NCBI GenBank assembly: GCA_013152135.1
Contig: JAADGX010000212.1
Span: 1 to 29,427 of the forward strand
From: Chlorobiota bacterium
Lineage (GTDB): Bacteria; Bacteroidota; Ignavibacteria; SZUA-365; JAADGX01
DNA: 29,427 nucleotides
Reading direction: 5' to 3'
Below are positions 1 to 8,382 of the stretch, piece after piece. The first letter of the stretch is position 1. Each line of letters starts with the position of its first letter. A program made the position numbers and the translations under genes. The notes beneath the pieces are model-generated. The model saw only the letters and a program-made list of their open reading frames with translations. It was not told where the DNA came from and did not search any database.

Positions 1-1614
1 CGTGGCTACGTTATCGACGACGTCGTAGGTTGCGAGTCGCTTGCCCCCCTCAAAGAAAGCGTCCCGGTTTGGGAACTGATAGATATTGTATCCCTGGAAT
101 TTATATCCACGGTTGTGGTATTTCTCAATTCTATCCACCTGCTTCTGGTCACCCCAATACAAAACGATTTTGTTCGGCAAAATCGTTGTCCTCACGACAG
201 GCGTAGGGGGAGACCGCGGCAGATCGAAATTGTAGTTAAATGCGACCTGGATAAACCGGTCGTAGTATCGCAGCATCTGGACGCTGTTCAACCTGTCCGC
301 ACCACGGGCTACGATGGTTCCGACAACTACTTCCTGGGTGTCGCCTACGGCAAGTGTAAACGGTCCTGATGATGGGAGAATGGTACGATCGCTTGGCATC
401 GTAGTTCTGCCGTCCACCCAACCACGCCCGGTTATCGGGTCACCTGCACACAAGAATTTCGTCGGTTGATTAGTGATGGGATCATGGGGGTATGTACCGT
501 TCCACATTTTACCAAGCAGGTTATTGTACATTTGCACATATCCATCCCCGAGCGGAGCTGACATGTATATTGGATCGCCTCCAATATAAAAGATGAACGA
601 AGTCATCGGAAGATTCCGGTATCCAGTCCTGTCTCCGAAGTTGTATTTAGCCGTCGCTCCTGGCTGAGGGACGACTGGGCCCTGAAGGAAATCGTAACCT
701 ACAGCGGGAGATATTTTATACACACCGTCGTTAACGTTGAAGTTGTAGCCGTATCCTAGATTTAAGAGAGTATCAACGCCGACTAAATCATCGTCGGGAT
801 TACCGACATCGATGTCCGACCACTTTGCGAAATACGCGTCGGTCAGGTTTTCCCCGCCCTTGTTGATGATCGTATATTTTACAAAAACGGTATTGCCGAG
901 TGGACCGTAATTGTCGTAGCCCCAGACCAGTACCTGTACTTCCAAGCCAATGGGCGGCGTACCGTACAGGCGCATTGAGCGGAGGGAGTCCATGTCGTTC
1001 ATAACGAACCACAGGACCTCATTTCCAACTATGAACGGCTCATCCGAGTTATCCCAGTTGTCGAGCCAGGCGGTGAAATCCGGATCGTATCGACCATTAT
1101 TGTTGCGGTCAGTGTAAGGCGCGCCGTCTTCGGCCGGCCACTCCTTGAAATCCCTGGCCAGGCGTTCCTGCTCTTCTGCGCTCATTTGGTAGTATTGACT
1201 GGATCGGATTTTTCTGACTTTATAAATCCGGTATCGGCTGAGCGAGGGGTCATCGGGTGTTCCATCGGGCAGGATTTTTCCTGCCTGGAAGCCTTGACGA
1301 TACGTCGACCCCGCAATACGTATTTTGCCGTCAATTTTTCCGCCAATGACGAATCCGTCTTTCATAACGAGATATTTGCCGGATCCCTTTGGCCATTCGA
1401 GGCCCGCCTCGTTCGTGATGGGATTAAAAGCCATGTCGCCGTTGTTGCCCATCCACATGAGGATGTTGTTGATGCTGATGAAATCGTAGTGATCGTTGAT
1501 GACCTGTGTCGTGAGAGGCTTGCACTTGTCTCGCGTGGGATCGTTCGATTGAGCATTCGTCGTACAATAAGAGGAAAGAAGAACAACGGCGCAGAAAAAA
1601 AGGATGGATTTCAT
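1..1614 (-). CDS. Large secreted protein of unknown function (5' part, 538 codons, runs off the left edge; not in the ORF track)
   Basis: Read manually. ATG at 1614 is preceded by GGAGGT 7 nt upstream, and the frame stays open to position 1. It begins MKSILFFCAVVLLSSYCTTNA|QSNDP (signal peptide, Gln at +1). It continues with INNILMWMGNNGD, GLEWPKGSGK, GSTYRQGFQAGKILPDGTPDDP, WPAEDGAPYTDRNNNGRYDP, PIGLEVQ, WSDIDVG, AVGYDFLQGP, SGPFTLAVGDTQEVV and FQGYNIYQ, a pattern I recognise from large secreted proteins of Ignavibacteria-like genomes. Confidence 0.9.
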   Translation of the reverse strand, partial: MKSILFFCAVVLLSSYCTTNAQSNDPTRDKCKPLTTQVINDHYDFISINNILMWMGNNGDMAFNPITNEAGLEWPKGSGKYLVMKDGFVIGGKIDGKIRIAGSTYRQGFQAGKILPDGTPDDPSLSRYRIYKVRKIRSSQYYQMSAEEQERLARDFKEWPAEDGAPYTDRNNNGRYDPDFTAWLDNWDNSDEPFIVGNEVLWFVMNDMDSLRSMRLYGTPPIGLEVQVLVWGYDNYGPLGNTVFVKYTIINKGGENLTDAYFAKWSDIDVGNPDDDLVGVDTLLNLGYGYNFNVNDGVYKISPAVGYDFLQGPVVPQPGATAKYNFGDRTGYRNLPMTSFIFYIGGDPIYMSAPLGDGYVQMYNNLLGKMWNGTYPHDPITNQPTKFLCAGDPITGRGWVDGRTTMPSDRTILPSSGPFTLAVGDTQEVVVGTIVARGADRLNSVQMLRYYDRFIQVAFNYNFDLPRSPPTPVVRTTILPNKIVLYWGDQKQVDRIEKYHNRGYKFQGYNIYQFPNRDAFFEGGKRLATYDVVDNVAT

Positions 1615-1839
1615 GTGACCGACCTCCAGCCGACGGTGAATGATTGGGTGTTTTCAGAATGCTTTTACGGACATGATCCCGCTACAAGATAGATGCGCCT
1701 CTTGTATTAACACGTAAATCCGCGTTTCGATACACCCCGCGGTTTGGAATTCGCGGAGCGGATTGTTTACTTCATACGAAGGATATCAGAGTTAACAGTG
1801 CGTAATAAGCTGTTCATGGATTAAGTTATTCAGGAAACT

Positions 1840-2574
1840 ATGAAAAAGAAACGAAAAAACGAACCGTTCCTGATCCGCGATTGCAGCCTCGCCGCCGTGG
1901 CCGTCGGTGTGCAAGCGCAAAGCCTGCGTGAACTCAGGGACAAGATCGCGACCATACATCCGGGAAGCATTTACCATCATTTCTGGGGGGGAAGACTCCG
2001 GCCGCAGTTTGAACATCCCGAGTATCATAATGATTTTGCGGCCTGGGCCCACCATGCCCTTCACGACAACGTCCTGGCCGAACGCCTGGGCGTGATCGAT
2101 CCCACCGATTTCAAGGAGCTGGAGGACCTGAGGCAGGAACTCGTCGACGTGATCGAGGAGCGCCTGGATGAGCAGGACTGGCTTGCCTGGGCGCGGCGGG
2201 AAGACCAGTTCCATTTCATTCGATCCCAGATCGTTGTCTTCTCGACCCCGTTGCGGTTCGAAAGCCCGGCTGATATGCCGGATGTCATCTCGGCGATGTC
2301 GGCCAGCAGCATTTTTTACCACTTCATTGACGCGCGCCGGAGGACGCCCGAATTCCTGGATGATTTCTGCACGTGGCTCAACGGCTTCGACGGCGAATAT
2401 GACGACTTGGTCCAGGAAATCGCCCAGATCGATCCGTACTTTCTTTCGTTGGTGGATCTGAAACAGCGCCTGAGCCAGACGGTCTCCGATTATCTCATGG
2501 GTGTTGGACACGTCCGAAAGCATTTCGAACGAACACACGGCCGGGCCGGAACCGGAGAGGGGGCGAAGCAATGA
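1840..2574 (+). CDS. DUF5752 family protein (treT-associated, two internal repeats)
   Basis: 244 aa. SIYHHF...NDFAAW...IDP is echoed by SIFYHF...DDFCTW...IDP. The stop overlaps the treT start (ATGA at 2571-2574). Confidence 0.8.
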   Translation: MKKKRKNEPFLIRDCSLAAVAVGVQAQSLRELRDKIATIHPGSIYHHFWGGRLRPQFEHPEYHNDFAAWAHHALHDNVLAERLGVIDPTDFKELEDLRQELVDVIEERLDEQDWLAWARREDQFHFIRSQIVVFSTPLRFESPADMPDVISAMSASSIFYHFIDARRRTPEFLDDFCTWLNGFDGEYDDLVQEIAQIDPYFLSLVDLKQRLSQTVSDYLMGVGHVRKHFERTHGRAGTGEGAKQ

Positions 2575-3842
2575 ACGTCACCCTGGATGCATACGAACCG
2601 ATCGTGGGTCGAGACGTTATCGACCAGTTGTTCCAGATCGCGGCCCCACTGAAAGGCATGAAGATCGTGCACGTGAACTCCACGCGTGTTGGCGGAGGGG
2701 TGGCGGAAATCCTGAACAAGATGATCCCGCTGATGAATGCCCTGGGATTGAAGGCGCAGTGGGAGATCATCACCGGCACCAGTGAATTCTACCAGTGCAC
2801 GAAAAACTTTCACAACGCTTTACAGGGGAACCACGTGGTTATCCCGGAAACCCAGTTGCGCGAATACGAGGAAGTCAACGCCCGATGCGCGGAGGAATTG
2901 CGGGGAACGCTCGAAGGCGCGGACATAGTCATCATCCACGATCCCCAGCCCGCCGCACTGATCAAGCATTTCACGAATCGGAAAGGGAAGTGGATCTGGC
3001 GCTGTCATATCGACGCCAGCAAGCCCTACAGGCCGGTCTGGAAATATCTTCGGAACAACGTGGAAGACTACGACGCGAGCGTGTTTTCCCTGGCGGCTTT
3101 CGCACAACCCCTGCCGCATCCGACCTACCTGATTCCGCCCAGCATCGATCCCCTGACCGAAAAGAACATCGACCTGGAGCCGGAGGAAATCGCCACGGTA
3201 TACGATGAATTCGGGATTGATCCCGCCCGGCCCATGATCCTCCAGGTGTCCCGCTACGATCGCTTCAAGGATCCGCTTGGTGTCATCGAAGCGTACCGCC
3301 TGGCGAAGAAATTCACGCCGACGCTCCAGCTCGTCCTGGCCGGGGGAGGGGCTTCTGATGATCCCGAAGGCGCGGTGGTTCTGGAGGAGGTCAAGCTCGC
3401 AGGGCGCGATGATCCGGACATCAAGGTGCTCGACCTCCCGCCGGACGCGCATCGGACGATCAACGCCTTGCAGCGGGCGTCGGATATCGTGTTGCAAAAA
3501 TCCATCAAGGAAGGGTTCGGCTTGACGGTGACTGAGGCGCTGTGGAAAAGCAAGCCCGTCATCGGCGGAAACACCGGTGGGATCAAGTTGCAGGTCATCA
3601 ACCACCATACCGGCTTTCTTGTCAACACTCCCGAAGGAGCCGCTCATCGCATCCGTTACTTGTTGCACAATCCGGACGAGATGAAAGAAATGGGAAAGAA
3701 GGGGAAGGAATTCGTTCGTGAGAATTTCCTGCTTACGCGGCATTTACGCGAGTACCTCACTCTTATGCTCATCCTCTGGTTTGGTAACGGAGATCGCATC
3801 GAGCTTGACAGGTTGGATTGGCGAACGAATGAAAGGTCGTAA
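2571..3842 (+). CDS. treT: Trehalose synthase, GT4 glycosyltransferase (TreT type)
   Basis: HVNSTRVGGGVAEIL, FHNALQG, IHDPQP, WRCHID, PSIDPL, QVSRYDRFKDPLGVI, LQKSIKEGFGLTVTEALWK; 423 aa. Confidence 0.9.
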   Translation: MNVTLDAYEPIVGRDVIDQLFQIAAPLKGMKIVHVNSTRVGGGVAEILNKMIPLMNALGLKAQWEIITGTSEFYQCTKNFHNALQGNHVVIPETQLREYEEVNARCAEELRGTLEGADIVIIHDPQPAALIKHFTNRKGKWIWRCHIDASKPYRPVWKYLRNNVEDYDASVFSLAAFAQPLPHPTYLIPPSIDPLTEKNIDLEPEEIATVYDEFGIDPARPMILQVSRYDRFKDPLGVIEAYRLAKKFTPTLQLVLAGGGASDDPEGAVVLEEVKLAGRDDPDIKVLDLPPDAHRTINALQRASDIVLQKSIKEGFGLTVTEALWKSKPVIGGNTGGIKLQVINHHTGFLVNTPEGAAHRIRYLLHNPDEMKEMGKKGKEFVRENFLLTRHLREYLTLMLILWFGNGDRIELDRLDWRTNERS

Positions 3843-3887
3843 TGAAAGGATAAAACCGGATACCTGAAACGAAAAGAGGACGCTGCT

Positions 3888-4661
3888 GTGAAAGTGCTTC
3901 GCCCGGAATTCGATCTCGAAGCATTTCGCTCGTCCGTCGAAAGCGCTGACGAGCGGGTGTTGATACTTGACTACGACGGCACGCTGGCTCCCTTCACTCC
4001 CGATCGGGACCTGGCGGCTCCGTACAAAGGCGTCAAGGAACGACTGGCGGCTTTGCATCGCCAGGAACATACGCGTCTCGTGCTGGTCAGCGGCAGGGCG
4101 GCCTCCGATCTCGACCGCTTGTTAAACATGGACCCGCGCCCTGAAATCTGGGGCTCGCATGGATGGGAGCGCCTGCGGGACGGGAAATACGAACCGCCGA
4201 CGATTCCCGACAGGTGGGAGCAGGCTCTCTTGGAGGCCCGCGACGCGTGTTTGAAGGTTGCCGGGGAAAGCCAGTGCGAATTCAAGCCCGCCTCCGTCGC
4301 CGTGCACTGGAGGGGGCGGGAAAACAACTTCCGGAAAGACGTAGAGCAGAGACTCCTGCCCGCGTGGTCCGGACTTGCTTCCAGGCTGGGGCTGGAAATT
4401 CACCGGTTCGACGGAGGTATTGAACTGCGATGCCCGGGGCGCGACAAGGGCGATTCGGTAAGAACGATCCTGTCGGAATCTCCACCGGAAGCAGTCGCTG
4501 CTTATCTGGGTGATGACCGGACGGACGAGGATGCGTTTGCGGCTATCCGGGGACGCGGCGCGGCGGTGTTGGTGCGAAAGGAATTGAGGGATACCGGCGC
4601 GGACTTGTGGTTGACGCCTCCTGATCAATTACTCGAATTCATGGATTTATGGATCATCTGA
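3888..4661 (+). CDS. otsB: Trehalose-6-phosphate phosphatase (HAD IIB)
   Basis: HAD motif I LDYDGTLAP, motif II VSGR, GSHGWE, DKG, motif IV YLGDDRTDEDAF. GTG start with GAGGA 7 nt upstream; lies next to otsA. Confidence 0.9.
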   Translation: MKVLRPEFDLEAFRSSVESADERVLILDYDGTLAPFTPDRDLAAPYKGVKERLAALHRQEHTRLVLVSGRAASDLDRLLNMDPRPEIWGSHGWERLRDGKYEPPTIPDRWEQALLEARDACLKVAGESQCEFKPASVAVHWRGRENNFRKDVEQRLLPAWSGLASRLGLEIHRFDGGIELRCPGRDKGDSVRTILSESPPEAVAAYLGDDRTDEDAFAAIRGRGAAVLVRKELRDTGADLWLTPPDQLLEFMDLWII

Positions 4662-4674
4662 CTTTTAACAAGCT

Positions 4675-5745
4675 ATGGACTTTTTACAACAGACGTATTA
4701 CGGAAATTCTCTTCAAACCTGGCTGACAGCCGTCGGAATTACTGCCGGCATGATGCTGGTATTTTACCTGGCCCGAACGGTCGCGGTACGAAAACTGCAG
4801 GTTCTCGCTCGCCGGACAAAAACCGAAATTGACGATATCCTGACCGCTGCCCTGGCCAAGTCGAAATCGTCTTTGCTCACTATTCTGGCGATTTACATCG
4901 GGGTGCAGGTGTTGTATTTGCCGAGCGTCGTGGGTTCGGTTCTCGACAGCATTTCCGTCATCGTTCTCCTTTTGCAGGTGGCGATATGGTCCAACGAGAT
5001 CATTACCGGCTTCCTCACCCGCTACAGGGAGCGGAAGATGGGCGAAGATGCATCGGCCCGTGCAACGGTTAGTCTCATCAGTTTCCTGAGCAAGCTGGTG
5101 ATGTGGACGATCATCATTTTATTGACACTGGAAAACCTCGGTGTTGATATAACGACGCTGATTGCCGGCGTGGGTGTGGGCGGTGTGGCTATCGCCCTCG
5201 CCGCACAGAATATCCTGGGGGATCTGTTCGCCTCGCTGTCCATCATGCTCGACCGCCCCTTCGTCATCGGGGATTTTATCGTCGTGGACGAGTACGCCGG
5301 CACGATCGAGCACACGGGGCTGAAGACAACCCGTATCCGCAGCCTGACCGGCGAACAACTGGTTTTTGCCAACACCGATCTTCTCGGGAGTCGTATCCGC
5401 AATTACAAGCGCATGTCCGAACGGCGGATTACGTTCGCTTTCGGCGTCGTGTACCAGACGCCGTATGAAAAAGTGAAGGCCATTCCCGGGATGGTGAAGA
5501 CGATTATCGGATCAGAGGAGATTGCACGGTTCGACCGGGCGCATTTCAAGGGCTTCGGGGATTCTTCCCTGGACTTCGAGGTCGTGTACTACATGTTGGA
5601 CCCGGATTACAACCGCTACATGGACACGCAGGAATCCATCAACCTGAAAATCCTTGAGCGCTTCGAGGAGGAGGGAATTGAGTTCGCTTATCCCACCCGA
5701 ACGGTGTTTATTGAAGGATCGGGAAACAATACGGAGCCGTCATGA
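4675..5745 (+). CDS. Small-conductance mechanosensitive channel (MscS family)
   Basis: N-terminal TM helices, GVGVGGVAIALAAQNILGDLFAS, DRPFVIGDFI, GTIEHTGLKTTRIR, GIEFAYPT. The stop overlaps the otsA start (ATGA). Confidence 0.93.
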   Translation: MDFLQQTYYGNSLQTWLTAVGITAGMMLVFYLARTVAVRKLQVLARRTKTEIDDILTAALAKSKSSLLTILAIYIGVQVLYLPSVVGSVLDSISVIVLLLQVAIWSNEIITGFLTRYRERKMGEDASARATVSLISFLSKLVMWTIIILLTLENLGVDITTLIAGVGVGGVAIALAAQNILGDLFASLSIMLDRPFVIGDFIVVDEYAGTIEHTGLKTTRIRSLTGEQLVFANTDLLGSRIRNYKRMSERRITFAFGVVYQTPYEKVKAIPGMVKTIIGSEEIARFDRAHFKGFGDSSLDFEVVYYMLDPDYNRYMDTQESINLKILERFEEEGIEFAYPTRTVFIEGSGNNTEPS

Positions 5746-7289
5746 GCTTGACAACGAAGGGCGATTTGCATAAAACAGTCAACGACGCCGTAGCCGCTTC
5801 TGGGCGGCGACTGGTCATTGTTTCGAACAGGTTGCCCGTGGTTCTTGCGCGTTCCAATGGGACGTTGCAGATTCAAGCCGGTTCGGGGGGACTGGTGACG
5901 GCATTGGCGCCGGTATTGCGGAACCGGGGTGGATTATGGGTCGGGTGGCCGGGAACCATCGATGAAGATGAGGAAGAAGTCGGGCCGTTGATCAAGCAGG
6001 TGAGCAAGCGGGCGGGATTCTCGTTCAACCCGGTGCTTCTCAATTCCCGCGAAGTCGATCTCTACTACCATGGCTTTTCCAACGAGATCATCTGGCCGCT
6101 GTTCCACGACTTGCAATCCCGGTGCAATTTCAATCCGGATTACTGGCGGAGCTACCAGGAGGTCAACCGGAAATTCGCACGCAAGGTAATGGAACAAGTT
6201 CATGATGACGATTACATCTGGGTTCACGATTATCACTTGCTGCAGGTGGCGAAGGGCTTGCGGGAGTTGGGGTGCAAGGCTCCGCTGGGCTTTTTCCTGC
6301 ATATCCCGTTTCCCCCACTCGACATCTTCATCAAGCTGCCCTGGCGTTTCCAGGTACTCCGAGCCCTCCTGGAATACGATCTCCTGGGGTTTCAGACCAT
6401 GCGGGATCGGCGGAATTTCATCCATTGCATCAGGAGCTTGCTGAAAGATGTTCACGTCCACGCCTCCGGATCGCTCCACGTCTGTCACGCGGGGGCGCGG
6501 GAAATTCGCGTGGGATGTTTTCCCATCAGTATCGATTTCGATGAATTCGAGCGCCTGGCATCGGACCGAGACGTTGCGGAAGAAGCCTGGTACATACACG
6601 AAGCGCATCCCGATCAGAAGATGGTACTGGGTGTGGATCGGCTCGACTATACCAAGGGCATTCCGTACCGGTTGGAGGCGTTCCGCGTGTTTCTCCGGCA
6701 GCATCCCGAGCTGCACCGGAAAGTGACGATGATCCAGATCGTGGTGCCCAGCCGGATCGATATTCCCAAGTACCACGATCTCAAGATGGAGATCGAGCGA
6801 CTGGTGGGTGAAATTAACGGCGAGTTCACCCAATCGGGATGGGTTCCAATCTACTACGTTTTCCGGCGTTTGCGCAAAAAGGAACTTCTTTCCTACTACC
6901 GCACGTCAGAGATTGCCTTGATCACGCCGATCAAGGACGGGATGAATCTGGTTGCAAAGGAATACAGCGCTTCCAACATCGAGGAACGCGGTGTTCTCAT
7001 TCTCAGTGAATTCGCAGGCGCAGCGTCCCAGCTCCAGCGGTTCGCCTTGCTGGTGAATCCCTACGACGTCGAGGGTGTGGCCGCTGCCATTCACGAGGCC
7101 GTCATCATGCCGGAGAGCGAACGCCGCGCCAGGATGCGGCGTATGCGACGCGGCATCAAGCGCCAGGATGTCTTCTGGTGGGTGCGCTCGTTCCTGTCCG
7201 CCGCCATCTCGGTCGAACTGGTGGATTTCCCCCTCATTTATGAATATCTTCCCACTGCGGAATTCATCGAGGAGGGTATATCCATATGA
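5742..7289 (+). CDS. otsA: Trehalose-6-phosphate synthase (GT20)
   Basis: VSNRLP, GSGGLVTAL, WVGWPG, YYHGFSNEIIWPLFH, WVHDYHL, FFLHIPFP, GVDRLDYTKGI, DGMNLVAKEY, LSEFAGAA, VNPYD. Confidence 0.96.
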   Translation: MSLTTKGDLHKTVNDAVAASGRRLVIVSNRLPVVLARSNGTLQIQAGSGGLVTALAPVLRNRGGLWVGWPGTIDEDEEEVGPLIKQVSKRAGFSFNPVLLNSREVDLYYHGFSNEIIWPLFHDLQSRCNFNPDYWRSYQEVNRKFARKVMEQVHDDDYIWVHDYHLLQVAKGLRELGCKAPLGFFLHIPFPPLDIFIKLPWRFQVLRALLEYDLLGFQTMRDRRNFIHCIRSLLKDVHVHASGSLHVCHAGAREIRVGCFPISIDFDEFERLASDRDVAEEAWYIHEAHPDQKMVLGVDRLDYTKGIPYRLEAFRVFLRQHPELHRKVTMIQIVVPSRIDIPKYHDLKMEIERLVGEINGEFTQSGWVPIYYVFRRLRKKELLSYYRTSEIALITPIKDGMNLVAKEYSASNIEERGVLILSEFAGAASQLQRFALLVNPYDVEGVAAAIHEAVIMPESERRARMRRMRRGIKRQDVFWWVRSFLSAAISVELVDFPLIYEYLPTAEFIEEGISI

Positions 7290-7393
7290 TGGAATTATCA
7301 GGCGGAAGCCGTTACCGGCAAGACTGCACGAACGGGAGCCACGCTTGCAGGAATTCATCCATGTCGTATAGCGATCAGTCGAAATAGACAATC

Positions 7394-8344
7394 ATGATGA
7401 AAATCCCCTTTACCAAGGCCCAGGCGGCGCTCAACGATTTTGTCATCGTTGACGACAGGGAAGGGAGCATTCCGGTGGAAGCGCGGAAGGCTTTTGCCCG
7501 GGAAGCATGCCTGAGGCGCAAGGGCATCGGCGGTGACGGCGTGATATTCATCGAGAAGAACAACCTGGTGGAATTCACCATGGCATTTTACAATCCCGAC
7601 GGGACCGACGGTTCCATGTGTGGCAACGGGGGGCGGTGTGCCGCGCTCTTTGCCTACAGGAAAGGTATTGCCGGAAGTGAGATGGGGTTCGAGGTCATGA
7701 ACCAGTACTACAAGGCACTGATCCTGGATGATGGCGTCCGACTGTTCTTCCCTCCTCCCAAAACGATCCGATTGAATTTCAAGTTGCGGTTACGGGACAA
7801 AACCGTGACGGCGCATTACGTCCACAACGGCGCTCCCCACGTGGTAGTGTTCATCGACGATTTTGAAAGCGCGTCGTATCTTTCTCTTGACGATATCCCG
7901 GTGAGATCCCTCGGACAGGAAATACGGCTTCATGGAGATTTCCGCCCGGTCGGCGTCAACGCGAACTTCGTGAGCATTGATACCGATCAACACGTGCACA
8001 TCCGGACGTTCGAGAAAGGAGTGGAAGCGGAAACAGCGTCTTGTGGAACCGGCGCCATCGCCGCCGCCATTGTCAGCCACGCCGTCCGGAACATCGAGCC
8101 ACCGGTGACCTTGCATACGTTTGGCGGAGATTGCTTGACCGTTGGCTTTCGGCCGCTCAGCGAGGCCGACCGGGTAGAAATCATCCCGTTTATCGAGTCC
8201 GACATTCGCAGCGCGGGCATCGGAAATGATTTGTACCTCGAAGGTCCGGCGCACCTGGTTTTCGAGGGTGTAACATGCTTCGATGAAGAGCATTTACTGC
8301 TGGTATGGCCGGAAGAGGATCGGGGGCAGGTTCGCTCGCGGTGA
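7394..8344 (+). CDS. dapF: Diaminopimelate epimerase
   Basis: NDF, NPDGTDGSMCGNGGRC (catalytic Cys 1), GAPH, NANF, RTFEKGVEAETASCGTG (catalytic Cys 2), LEGPAHLVFEG. Confidence 0.88.
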   Translation: MMKIPFTKAQAALNDFVIVDDREGSIPVEARKAFAREACLRRKGIGGDGVIFIEKNNLVEFTMAFYNPDGTDGSMCGNGGRCAALFAYRKGIAGSEMGFEVMNQYYKALILDDGVRLFFPPPKTIRLNFKLRLRDKTVTAHYVHNGAPHVVVFIDDFESASYLSLDDIPVRSLGQEIRLHGDFRPVGVNANFVSIDTDQHVHIRTFEKGVEAETASCGTGAIAAAIVSHAVRNIEPPVTLHTFGGDCLTVGFRPLSEADRVEIIPFIESDIRSAGIGNDLYLEGPAHLVFEGVTCFDEEHLLLVWPEEDRGQVRSR

Positions 8345-8382
8345 AAATTTCATGAAAGACACGTGCAACAGGGAACGGGACC

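Noticed and set aside
640-665. Apparent frameshift/stop in the left-edge secreted gene
   Set aside because: Careful re-reading gives CCT CAG CCA GGA GCG ACG GCT AAA TAC (PQPGATAKY), so the frame is intact and this is not a pseudogene.
115-1692. Track ORFs 115..369, 236..421, 800..1012, 1186..1692 and 1362..1586
   Set aside because: They are antisense or off-frame shadows of the real minus-strand gene at 1..1614.
7290-7393. Lysine or SAM-I riboswitch upstream of dapF
   Set aside because: Too short for a lysine aptamer, lacking the conserved core motifs, and without an expression platform.
7394-8344. DapF as a divergent racemase with a new substrate (LND for GND, EKG for ERG, C-terminal insertion)
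   Set aside because: Both catalytic Cys and the key Asn/Glu residues are retained and the changes are conservative, so there is no positive evidence for another function.
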